NCBI GenBank assembly: GCA_013239625.1
Contig: MU053379.1
Span: 2,586,866-2,650,865 of the forward strand
Length of the DNA: 64,000 nucleotides
DNA from: Lama guanicoe
Taxonomy: Eukaryota
Direction of reading: 5' to 3'
The notes below the pieces were generated by a model. That model was not told the origin of the DNA. It did not search any database and saw nothing but the letters and a program-made list of their open reading frames with translations. Shown here one piece after another: positions 37,583 through 49,180 of the stretch. The position numbers were made by a program, and so were the translations under genes. The first letter of the stretch is position 1, and every line of letters begins with the position of its first letter.

Positions 37583-38714
37583 GTAGGAGGCTGTCCCGAG
37601 TCACTCTTCCGGCCGATGCGCGTCCGCGGTGTCGTTTGTGTTGTTTGCCGTTTTGTTCCTTCCTCCCTGCACGGAGTGTGATGATAACACGGCTTTGAAT
37701 TTCACACGGCGTGTTGAGTTTGGCCCTCCATCCTGCCGTGACGATCCAGAAAGCTTTGAATTTCTGAAACGATCACAACCAATATAATTAGTAGAGCAAT
37801 CTGTTGGCTTTTCCACATCAACGAAACAGAGACTGAAAGCTGTGTAAAAACGCTCTAAGGGACCTGGAAATCAGATTATTTCTTACCTGCGTTAGTGAAT
37901 GCCAAAATGTCCTACCATGTCCTGCAGGCAAGGAACATCCTAGAAGTGAACGCATAGAATAAATCAGTTCAGTCCTGAGGACTGGGGTGCCACCACGGTG
38001 GTCCAAACAAGCACATAACACCCCAGAAAAGTGACGGATAAAAAGTAGGGGATGCGTGGTGCCGATGTAACCTTTATGTGGTAGACACGGCTGTACCTGC
38101 GCAGTGCTTGTTACACTGACTGAGAGCAGTGCTTTGGGACAGACACGTGTGCCGTGTACACGTCCTGCTCATGCACACGCACAGGCTCTTACTTCCGTCT
38201 TGCTTTCCTTTCTCCTGCTTTAGTCTTCTTCATTGCACTTTTCACTAGCTAAAATGGTATCTTTTGCCATGAAGCTAGAGGTCCTCTTCAGAGCTGTATC
38301 CCCAATGCCCGAAGCATCACACTCGCATGCACACACATGCACGCACATGCACACACACTCACATGCAGGGCTCTGCTGGCTCCACAGGCAGGGGCCTCTT
38401 TGGGCTGGATCCTCAAGGTGTCCTGTCCTGCAAGTTGGTCCTGCCATCACTGACAGTCTTGGTGCTCAGTTTGACGTGGACCTGCAGGTTGATAAGACTG
38501 AACTTCTAGACCAGGTAGAGGTTGTTCCATAAGCTCCTTTTCGTGACTGAAACGACTCTCAGCCTCTGCCTACAGTCTGAGATTGTCACGTTTCTTAGTT
38601 ACCACTGAGAGCCAAGTGGACTTTTGCAATGATTCTAATCATGAAACTTAAAAACAATCTAAGGAATATTAGTGCATACACATAACAGCAATTTTACCAA
38701 TATATCTTTTTTAA

Positions 38715-38857
38715 AAAACTATTTTATTTATTTTTTTGTTTTGGGGGAAGTAATTAGCTTTATTTTCACTTTTTTATTTTAATGGAGGGACTGGGGATTG
38801 AACCCAGGACCTGGTGCATGCTAAGCACGCACTTTACCACTGAGCTATACCCTCCCC
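38715..38857 (-). mobile_element. Camelid tRNA-derived SINE
   Basis: ggggaagtaattagc..ggactggggattgaacccaggacctggtgcatgctaagcacgcactttaccactgagctataccctcccc; on the minus strand it shows A-box (TAGCTCAGTGG) and B-box (GTTCAATCC) motifs. Confidence 0.92.
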
Positions 38858-40469
38858 TCTAACAAGGTATCTTATTTAACAAATACCTTTTGGAGAAGAA
38901 CAGAAGGAATGGGGAAGAAAGGAGAAAAAAAAACACACGGAAAATATTAGTGGTGTATATAGACTCTGCTCTAGTGATTTTTTTTTTCCTATCAAAATGC
39001 AGCCCAGCAGCCATGTGAATGCCTGAGATTTGAACTTAATGAGGCGGGAAGGTCACAGTTTTGCCTGGAAATCCTGGTCCTGCAGGATTTCTTTTACCTT
39101 CGCATTTGGCCAAGTGCCAACCTGGTGACCTTCAGGATGTGATATTAAATTCTCAGCTTTTATTCACCATGTAGCCTGCATGTGCCCAGCTGGTAGAAAA
39201 CCCTTTGGCATCCATCACGAGATGTAGCACCTTGAACTGAACATTCATATATTTAACTCCATGGTATAGGATTGGGACCATGTTACACACGATCATATAT
39301 GTAACATAGAAACACATTCGAAACAGAGTTCCTCTCCTTCTGCACTTGGAGTTGATTTACACACTGTACTTTGAAACAAGTACAAGCAGCAAACCAAATA
39401 ATGTAGATAAGAATCTCCAGATTCTCCTATCAATCCCTAGCTGACTGTTGTAGAAGTAAGCTTTTGGCTGACATCACGAAGATGGTTTTCTTAACACCCT
39501 TCTGCCAGAATATGCACTGAGACATCTTCCAGGCTTAAAAACAGAGCTTTGGCTACAGATGCCTGAGTTCTGTTCTTCAGTGTGTAGGACCAGGCAGTGA
39601 AATTCAATGGTGAAGGATTTTAGAAATCCTTTCTAGAAGCTCTCAGAAAGCCCATTTTTAGGACAGCGAGTGAGTCATCTGTAGCCCATCTTATTTATTC
39701 AACTACATCTGTAGCTCTGTTTTGCTGTCGTTGCTTTCCAGCTTAACTTCAGTGATTGTGACGCTAAAAATTTGGGGTTTGACCGTTTAACTCTTGAGGT
39801 TTAAATGGTTGAAATACCCTGAACTGGTTTGGCCAAACCCCTAAGTTTCCATAAATGTGAAAGAAACAAAGATCACCATGTTCAGTTTTCTCTGCAAAGT
39901 TTAAAAATTGGGTAAAATTCATATTTAAAGCATTCCCCTGAAGTATGATTTATTGTAGCCCATTTCAGCGAGCACAAATCTGGCTCATAATTTAGTATTA
40001 ACATAAATCAGAATAATCTGATCCACCATCCTCCCCTCCCCCTGCCCTGCGGTTTCATCCTTTAGTTTTAAAACGTGTATTTCAGCACAAAGATCCAGCT
40101 GAAGCTGCTGTGACTTTCACAGACGGGAAGATTTTCACATCTGCGCTGCTCTGTTGCCCCTCTGATGACATTTTTATCAGAGCAGCTTGTGCCAAACACG
40201 CAAAGGTTACCAGGACGCAGATAACACAGCTTAATGGGGTCAAATCAAGCTGATTCATGATCACTGTGGAGAAGAATGTGCTCCTGGGGGAAATACTCGT
40301 GCTGAAAAATCCCATAAACCAAACCACTTGTTTATCTGTCATTCCCGCAGAGATAGTAATGCAATTACTCTCGTAATTATCTTCATTAGTGTCAGGCATT
40401 ATCTACGATTCATTCCTCTGCGCGGAGCGTGTGTTTGTTGATTTGCCGGTCCCCCCACCTCTCGGGGCT

Positions 40470-41300
40470 GGCCGGGTGCGCAGTCGTGTGTTTGCAGAGC
40501 CGCGCTCGGCATCTGTGCGCGCGGCGCCCGCAGCCTCCGCCCTGAACCCGAGCTCGCCTCTCGCAGGTCCAGCGCTCCGGCGCGCGCTCGCTGACGTCCG
40601 CCCTGCATTACTTGGTTCCCGTGCGGCCGCGACGACAGATTGTCTACCCTCTGGAAAAGCTTGGCACCAACGCTCCATCAAAGGAGGTCTCCAAGGACGC
40701 GGTGGGTAGCCGGTGGCAGCAGGCGGGGCGGCGCGGAGCCGGCGCGGGCGGGCGTGGCAGATGGGGCGGCGCTGCCCGCGCGACGGGCGGCTGCTCCTGC
40801 ATCCCCCGCGCCTGCCTTCGGGGGCGCCCCCGCCCCGGGCTCCCCGCGGCCCCTTCCCTCCGGCGGCGTCTCCTTCCCCGCGCGCGCCCGGAGCAGGAGC
40901 CGAGGGGTCCCTGGCGGCACTCCCCGCGGGGACGCCTCCGTGTGGAGCCCACCTCCCGGCACCGTTCTGGTGTTTACCCCTTTGTCAAAAGCGGATTCCA
41001 CCGCCACACCCCTTTCCCTCGTGCCTCGCTTTCAGGGTTTGACACAACACAGCTGGCTGCCCTGAGGACCTGCGGGTCTGAGTCCTGGGCGCCGTCCGTT
41101 AACTGCTCCGCGGGGAGCGTATCCGCCGCCCTGGGCGCAGGTGACCTTAAAATGCACGGCCCGGGGCACTCGGTTCCAGAGCAGGAGGGACGGAAACCCA
41201 CCCTAGATTCCGCTTTAAATGGAAGTGGATGTGCCGACAAGGGCACACGCAGCCGTGCTCAGCGGCGTCCCTGGAAACGCGACTGTCGGGTGGACTCACA
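40470..41300. promoter_or_regulatory. Intragenic CpG-island-like segment overlapping a CFAP61 exon
   Basis: Dense CpG/GC tract around exon 40567-40701 and the start of the next intron. Confidence 0.55.
40567..40701 (+). CDS. CFAP61: CFAP61 coding exon: VQRSGARSLTSALHYLVPVRPRRQIVYPLEKLGTNAPSKEVSKDA
   Basis: Acceptor ctcgcctctcgcAG and donor GCG|GTGGGT. 135 nt, phase 0/0. SLTSALHYLVPVRPRRQIVYPLEKLGxNAPSK matches recalled CFAP61. I did not find a further exon between here and the window end. Confidence 0.93.
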
Positions 41301-41584
41301 CGTAGGCGTGTGCAGTTTGTGTAACCGCCACTTACCAAGGGAGGAAAAACATCCCTCCGTGGGCTGACGTTTATCCTTGGTGAAGGGGAGGAGAGGAAGG
41401 CGGAAAGTCGAGGAGCCGCTGAGCAGCGCTGGGTGCGGGGCTCTGAGATCAACAACCCACGCAGCCCCGGGGTGGGGCGCGCAGGACGTGGTCGTCCCGC
41501 TGCCCGCTCCCCTCCCCCCTCACGTCCTGGGGGGCGGCGTTCCCACCGAGACCCACGCGCTGCTCGCTGTGACCAGGCTGCTCT

Positions 41585-41647
41585 AAGTCCTACATCTTAG
41601 ATGTAGGACTTGGATATATTTTCCAGATATCTTTATATCTGGAAAAT
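41585..41647. repeat. Two adjacent perfect inverted repeats with 13-bp arms
   Basis: AAGTCCTACATCT-t-AGATGTAGGACTT (41585-41611) and ATTTTCCAGATAT-cttt-ATATCTGGAAAAT (41618-41647). Confidence 0.95.
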
Positions 41648-43129
41648 CAAAAATACATTTATTTTTATTTTCTGATAAATGCTAAATTTGTATGTGAGTA
41701 GAGACCAAAACCAAACAATTCTGCTTCCCTCTCCAACTCTTAATGATGGAAAATGGGAAACGGAGGATAATAGAGAGTCCTGCGAAGCCAGGCTTCTCCT
41801 TCTGTCTGTGCTGAGGGACCTTTCTTCTGCTGCTTTTTTTAAACGTACAATCCCTCGTAGCCTGATAGTTCTGTGAAACGTGGATTCCTAAAAAAGGAGC
41901 TTTAAAGGCAAAGGCAGAATTCAAGTCTGGTGTTTCATCATTAGGTTTAACAGACACAGCATCACTCTGTCCAGTTGCTCAAAAGCATCTGAACGCAGAG
42001 GGGGCGCATCTCAGCCCAGAGACTCCCCGGGACTCGGCACTCGAGAGTCAACAGTGTGCAACTCTTGGCCGGTTTTGGATCTTCTATGCCCCCACCCACT
42101 TCCCCTTCCTGCCTTGTCATTTTGAAGTAATGCACAGATGCGTGTCACTCCATCCGGGACCACAGGCGTGTCCTTGGTAGCGGGCCCCCAGCATCACAGC
42201 TCACGCTCTGTCCGGTCTAGAGGTGAAAAGGCGGTCCATCTTGAGGACCATGGGGCAGGCCCCCGGGGGGTCTGCTGGTGTGTGGAGATCCTGGGGGTGG
42301 ACTCTTTCGGGGTGAGAGCCACAAGAGTGGGTAGGGGTCGGGGAGCGTGGCTTCATTTGTGTCAGTCCCCGAAACACAGCTTAGGGGCGTCGTGCTGATC
42401 CCAGGGAAGGGGCTGTGGGTACAAAGCAGGGGTCGCGGCTTCTGCGTGAGCGATGCTGCCCTCTTGCAGCCACTGATGAGTTGTCTTCAGGGAGGAGAGA
42501 CCATCCGCTGGGTCAGGAGAAGCCCTTACACGCCCGGGGCAGCCCATGGCTTGAGAGCCTCCTGCTGGTCCTCGGGGGCATGTGTGGCGTGGCTGGAGGG
42601 ATGGGGAGCAGGACAGGGCTGCCCAGTGGGGATCAGGAGCAGCCTTCCTGAACTTCAGGAACCTCCCACCACCACCCAGAGAAAACATGTTGCATTGACA
42701 ACGATCTGATCATTACTTCCCAGGTTGTTCTGAGTTGAAATCATTGCTAACATTTAAAACCCTTTTCCCCGTGGTCACCTCTGTGTGCTGTGTGCCCACA
42801 GCCCCAGTGTATTTCAAGACATAGAGGAGCGTGCTTTTTAAATCCGGGCTCCAGGAAGACATCCCCCTGGCAGCGGGCGGGGCTGGCGCTGGGGCCGCGG
42901 CTGTGGCCGTGCTGCTTGCCGCGCTGGCGAAGCCGGGCTCTGCGGGAAGCTTCACTGCTGCGTGTCGTGCTCATTCTTGAGAAGGTTTTAGTCAGGGTTC
43001 CGATTTAGTGAACAAGACCTAGTGAGAATGTTAGAAATCCTAAAAGTTTGCCCAAAGGATTGTCAAGAGCATAATCCACATGGGATGAGCCTAGACGTTC
43101 AAAAGTTAAAACGCTACATTGTACTATTT

Positions 43130-43400
43130 TAAATTAAAAAAATTGATTGACGTGTAGTTGATTTGCAATGTTAGTTTCAGGAGTACAGCACAGTGATTCA
43201 GTTATACATACACATGCATATATATATTTTTTCTTTTCGGATTCTTTTCCATTACATGTTATTATAAGAAACTGAATGCAGTTCCCTGTGCTACACAGTA
43301 GGTCCTTGTTGTTTATCTATTTTGTGTACAGTAGTGTGTGTCTGTTAGCCCCCAGCCCCTGATGTATTCCAATCTGCCCTTTCCCCTTTGGTAACCATGG
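43130..43400 (-). mobile_element. 5'-truncated L1 3'UTR
   Basis: ttgacgtgtagttgatttgcaatgttagtttcaggagtacagcacagtgattcagttatacata..gttccctgtgctacacagtaggtccttgttg..ccctttggtaaccat. Confidence 0.82.
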
Positions 43401-45330
43401 TTTATTATTATTTTAAATTTTAGAAAACATTTTAGGTGGATTTAATGTTTTAGGCTGATTATCTGGGACAAGGTGAGCCAAATAGGACATTTTTAGGAGG
43501 AATTTATGGAGGGTCCTAAACGCGTTGATTTTGAGCAGAGCAGACAGCAGCACGGCCTTTGGGCTGGGTGAGGCTGAGCGGTTGCCTTACGAAAGGAGTT
43601 CCTTTTTTCCCTGTAAGTTTATACTCGCCAGGACCTGGAGCTCATACAGGACCCTCGGCTCCCTCACACGTCTGCGCATTTCTCTTCCTGGGCGCTGGCC
43701 TTTCATACGTCTCATCCCATTTAAACCATCTCTGACTGACCGTCCGTTCCATTGCTTTCGCCTAAGAAGCCAGTCCTCCAGGGAACAGAGCACTCCAGGC
43801 GTGAGTAATGGGGTAGAACGCGTTTCATCTCGGTGGGCTGCCAATTTGAATCTGGCACAAGCCAGCAGTGATTGAAATTCATCACCGCATGGCCGGGACA
43901 TATGCCCCCTCCCACCCCAAGGCCCGGGAGCTGCTGCCGGGCTGGCAGGCTGGGGGTCCCTGCCACAAAACCTTCCCGATCGTGCCTATGGATTGACAGC
44001 CCACTCCATACCGGGCCCCAGGAAAGGACCCGGAAAACGTGCGAATGATTTTCATCACACGTTGCAGAGGCGGGCCTGCAGGTTCCTCACAGCTCACGGG
44101 CAACCAGGAGCGATTCGCGGGTGGGGGAAGGCTTCCTCCTGACCAGGACCCACGTGCAGTGGACCTGGAAGGCTCGTCGCTTAGCTCAGTGTGCTGTCTT
44201 GGGCTGCACATTTGCGCTCTGAGCAGTATTCTGGTGGGAATTTTTTGTGACGTGAATCAGCGTGGCCCACTTGCATGAGAAACTGTTGTCAGGGAAATAC
44301 ACAGACTTTGGCTGAGTGACCTGAGTGGCCGTGTTGATGAAAGTCAGTGGAGCGGGTTGACCTGCACTTACTTTGGGGGGGTTCTGTGTGCCAGCTGGCA
44401 CGCTTTTCTTCCTGCCTCCCCCACAAGGATTCAGAGATGGCTGTGACAGGGTCCCCACGCTCGGGGACCTTACGGCCCAGCGTCAGTATTGATGTGGGAC
44501 CGTTCGGGGCTGGTTAAACCAGGGGTACGAGGGGACTGCACCAGCCCCCGGGAGCCAGAGACAGACTCGGGAGGAAGCTCACACTCAGGGTAGACCTGTT
44601 CCCTTGGGAAGGGCTGTGTCTGGTCCAAGACACTGTTTCCTTTCCGAGCCCAGGATTTTAAATGGCTCTTCCTCGTGTTATTAAACACCCGGGAACCTGC
44701 TCGCGTCAGTGTGGACCCGTGCGCGCCACCATCCTCTCGAGTGGCTGGAGTTCCCTATCTTGGTCTGTAGTAGTGTGGAATTCCAGTGTGAACTCAGCTC
44801 TCCTTTTTTTTTTTTTCAAAAAATTTTTGGGCCGCATCAATCCATCGCCTCCCAGATGACAGCATCATCCCAGCGCTCGCACAGTCAGAGTGATCAGCAC
44901 CCGCTGGTATTTTTCGTAGTTGTTTATTAGTGACGGTCTGTTTCAATCTCGACGAATGAATTGTCTGAAGCCTCCGTTTTCCCTTTGTCCTTCTACAAAA
45001 GAAAAATGACGGTTTGTTTAACCCCCCCTTCTTGGAGCTAAGTGCTGGCCCGCTTTTTCCTGGTATGTGATCTCCCTGGAAGATGTCACTCGCCGGCTTT
45101 CAGTTACCCTTTGAATTGCCCCTTTCATCTGGTCTTCTCCAGCCCAGCTATAATTACCATCTGATGGACTGTTACTGGATACTGTTTCACTTGTACATCT
45201 GCTGCCCTAGGAAATTGCATTATTCTCCCAGCACCTGCTAGGTTTCCCCCAGCTTAATTGTTTCCCAACCCCTTCCTTAAACTTGGAAACTTTCACTGCC
45301 TGTGGTTAGACTGCCCGTGGTTGTGCTTGC

Positions 45331-45356
45331 GTGTGTGTGTGTGTGTGTGTGTGTGT
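45331..45356 (+). repeat. (GT)13 microsatellite
   Basis: Directly visible. Confidence 0.95.
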
Positions 45357-46751
45357 CTAAATTAGCCCTTTACTATCTCCTTGGTAGAACTTTCTAAGAA
45401 TGTAAACCCGTATTTTTCAGCATCGTGTATGCATCATTAATGTGACGATAGTGGTATTTTCTTGAAATGAAATTAACCCACTTTAAATCACCGCCACGGG
45501 TCCAGTGTGCTTTTTCAAGCCACTTCCTAGCCGTTTCCTATATAGTCACACTGCCCGTGGGAAATGCATTTCCTCCTGTTTATGGTGAACCCCTTTCTCT
45601 GACATTCTTAGAATCATTTACATAAATTTCTTCATGAGTTCTTTTATTTTTTCAAACAAATCCTGCAAGTTCTATGGGCATTTCTTTCCCATTCTCCGAA
45701 CACTGTCTAGTTTAGTATTACACGCACTGCATACGTATGAATCAGAATGACTTATGAAGTGGTGGTTTACCCTCCCTCTTAGAAAGGTCGCGGAGGAATA
45801 CACGACTCCTGTGTCACCGTTACTGACACATGCCTGGCTCTTGCTAAAGGCGTCCCATGATGTGTCCCGCTGAACCCTCACATCAGCGCTTGCGGGCGGT
45901 TATGGCTCCTGTCGCCCTCAGTGTCCACAGAAAGCAGGCCTGCAGGAGGGAGAGTGAGCGACTCGTCCAAAGGCTAATTCATTGACCGCCAGTTGGACGC
46001 CTAGACTCATACCATCATTCCTGCTTTCTTATCTAAAAAGTTGAAATACCGATGTCATGGCTTGTTGGAGGAAACCCAGACCACAGAGATGGCGGCCTGG
46101 CAGAGACAGACCTTTTGGAATCTCCCAGATTTGGGGCACCAGCCTCGTAATCAAAAGGTGACCCCCAGATAACTGGCCTTCCCCAGAGCAGTTTGGGTTT
46201 TCCTGTTGGCCGAGTCACCCACGCTCTGGTGTGATGCTGTGCCAGCCGGACCTGGACTGGGCTGACTGGAAAGGAGCAGACGTGTGGGACCGGGTTGGAG
46301 CCCAGGGGTGGCTTTTGCGCAGCCGCTGAGCCAGGCCGTCCGCACTGCCCTGTCTGCCGCGTCAGCCTGTTGTTGCTATAAACCTTTCGAAATTGCACTG
46401 GCAGCCGCTGGGGAAGGTGGAGAGAAAGAACCCTCCCCTGCGGAGCGCACATCCCGCATTCAGTTCTGTGCTGTGTGTGGCGCTGTTACGAAGTGCTCAC
46501 GTAAACGCCCAGGATGAGAAATGGGGGTCAGTTTGGGAGCTGAGGGACGGACAGAGTGTGTGCTGGCGGTGTGATGGGCAAGCCTGGACACTTCAGAAAT
46601 TGGGCTGCTCTGGAGTGGCCGGATGAGGTCTTTAGGGTGTGATAAGAAACGGTGAAAAGTAAAGTGACTTCTTAACATCTCAGTATTGTCAAAAGTCAGT
46701 CAACCCTACATCTCATCATCATTTTCTAAGATAGATGTTGTGGGTTAGTCA

Positions 46752-46866
46752 GTCTCTCTCTCCCCACCCCCTCCTCCTCTTCCATCTTCCTCCATCCTCT
46801 CCCCCCTCCCCCTCCCTCCTCCTCAGTCTTCCTCCATCCTCTCCGTCCCTCCACTCCTCTCTCTTT
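46752..46866 (+). repeat. CT-rich low-complexity polypyrimidine tract
   Basis: About 115 nt almost entirely C/T, with tcttcctccatcctctcc present twice; abuts the tail of an antisense L1. Confidence 0.85.
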
Positions 46867-47480
46867 AACAGCTTTATTGAGATATAAATCAGATACCATA
46901 CAATTCACCCATTTAAATTGAACAGTTTATTGGTTTTCAGCATAGTCACAGAGTTGGGCAGTCATCACCGTCTCATTTTAGAACCTTCTTGTCACCCCAC
47001 AAAGAAGCCCATTAGTCATCCCCCCTGGAGTCCCACCCCCAGCCCTAGGCAGCTGCTGATTTGCTTTCTGTTTCCATGAATTCGTCTGTTCTGGACGTTT
47101 TGTGTATGAGTGGAATTATACAGTGTGTGGTATTTTGTGATTGTCTTTTTTCACTTAGTGTATTTTCAAGGTTCATCCATTCTGTAGTACGTATCAGTGT
47201 TTGATTCCTTTTTACTGCTAAATAATATTCAGTTGTGTGGACACATCACATTTTATTTATCCGCTCATCACTTGGTGAGCATGTGAGTTCTCGCCCTGTT
47301 TGGCTACAGTGAATGATGTTGCTGTGGACCTTGGGCACAGGTTTTTATGTGGATGTATGTTTGAGTTCCTCTTGGGTGCTACACCCAGGAGGAGAATTGC
47401 TCTGTCACATGATGACTCTACATTTAACGTTTTGAGGAACTTCCCAGTTACCTTCCCAGGTGGCAGCACCGTTTTGTTCT
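46866..47480 (-). mobile_element. L1MB-like 3' fragment
   Basis: aacagctttattgagatataaatcagataccatacaattcacccatttaaa..ccagccctaggcagc..gttttgaggaacttcc. Confidence 0.82.
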
Positions 47481-48754
47481 CTCTCATTCTGAGATCGGGC
47501 CCAGCGTTCCTGCTATTAAGTGGTGAAGGGCTGGTCAACACGAGGCCATGGATGGACTGTGAACCTCACTGTTCTTCAGTTTTAGGAGTGAAGCTTTGAG
47601 AGAGGACCACACAGGTTTGGCAGTTCACCACCCATCACAACTTCAGTCCTTTTGAAAGCAGAGATTTTTCTAGAATAAAATCTCTCCTGCCCTTATCTTC
47701 CCTGCCTCACCCTCTCTCGTCCACCTGCCTCCCAGGGGCCGCTCCGACGTTTTGGAGAGCTCCGACGGCACAGCGAATGTGTGTCCAGATCCCAGGAATG
47801 ATGGGGAGCACTTCCTGGTTTTAACCCCAGCGTGGCCTTTGTTTCAGTCCACCTTTAGTAATGTGACTGCTTTTCAGACAGCTCCCAACAGAAAAGAAAA
47901 TTCTGAGGCTTTCCTGGAGGCTGGTGAGGTTCTTGCCACAGCCCAGTAGGAGGGAAAAAATGCACTCGGTTCCCTGCAGAGCCAGGGTAATGAGTGCGCC
48001 GAGGTCCAGAAGTGCCTCGGGGTGGGAGGCACCAGCTGCCGGCTGCAGAGCTCTGGACGCCAAGCAAGGCTCCTGGGTGGACCTGAGCTCCAGGCAGGAA
48101 CTGGCCTTCGCAGCTAAGTGGCTTCCTCAGAATCCGCCTTCCAGGGGGACGGCACGGCCGCCAACAGGAAGCATTGCTTTGTGTATTTTGAAGTAGCTGG
48201 GGACGTAAAATGACAAAGGGGACAATTGGAGCTGCAGATGCCGACTAGGGAAGTTGCATCTTTCCTCTTTGATTAAAATAATGTACGTTGTTACAAAAGC
48301 CATGCACATTCACGGTAGAAATTTTAGGAAAAAACAGTAGAAAGAAAAAATGGATGAAATCTGCACTCCTCTCTCTGTAGATCACCTTTGTGAATATTTT
48401 GGTGTTTTTACTTCTAGGTTATTTTCCATGAAAAAAAACATGCAAGTAAATACGGGGTCACGAGCACGCAGTGTTTTGACACATGCACCCCCTCCCATGC
48501 TGTGAACACCTTTGCAAGTCACCAGGGATTCCAGAGCAACGTTCGGGGGCTTGCCTCTTCCTCTGACCGGCCATCCCTCCCTCTGCACCGTGTGACGGGC
48601 CTCCTGGGGTATCTTGCCTTGGTCTCACAGAAGTTTGGGTGCCGTTTGCTCCATCTTGCGTCGGAGGCGACTGAGGTTAGGAGAGGTTTGGTTATGAGCT
48701 GGACGTGAAGCCAGCGCGACGTGTGGGGATGAGCACTAGGTACCGGCCGCCTGC

Positions 48755-49180
48755 TTTTTTTTAGAAATTGAAGTAGAGTCAGTTGCAGCGTGTCAATGTC
48801 TGGTGTACAGCGTCCTGTCCTGGTCATGCACATACAGACATACATTCGTTTTCTTATTTTTTATCAAAGGTTATTACAAGATGCTGAATATAGTTCCCTT
48901 GCTATACAGAAGAAATCTGTTTTTTTAATCTTTTTTTATATATAATGGTTATCATTTGCAAGTCTCAAACTCCCAAATTTGTCCCTTCCCGTCTCCTTTG
49001 CCCTCATAACCTACCGTAAGATTATTTACTGTGTCTGTGACTCTGTTTGTTTTGTAGATCAGTTCGTTAGTGTCCTCTTCTGTTTCTTTTTTTTTTAGAT
49101 CCCGCATAAGAGTGATATCATGTGGTATTTTTCTTTCTCTTTCTGGCCCACTTCACTCAGAATGACGATCTCCAGGTCCG
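48755..49180 (-). mobile_element. 5'-truncated lineage-specific L1 3'UTR
   Basis: attgaagtagagtcagttgcagcgtgtcaatgtctggtgtacagc..ccttgctatacagaagaaa..agtgatatcatgtggtatttttctttctctttctggcccacttcactcagaatgac is complementary to the 3' end of the full-length L1 (29150-29500). Confidence 0.85.

Noticed and set aside
38780..38857. tRNA gene on the minus strand
   Set aside because: The tRNA-like head is followed by the SINE body, A-rich tail and TSD, so it is a SINE.
40702..41367. Continuation of the 251-aa ORF 40612..41367
   Set aside because: CFAP61 similarity stops at the GTGGGT donor (40702); the rest is CpG-island read-through.
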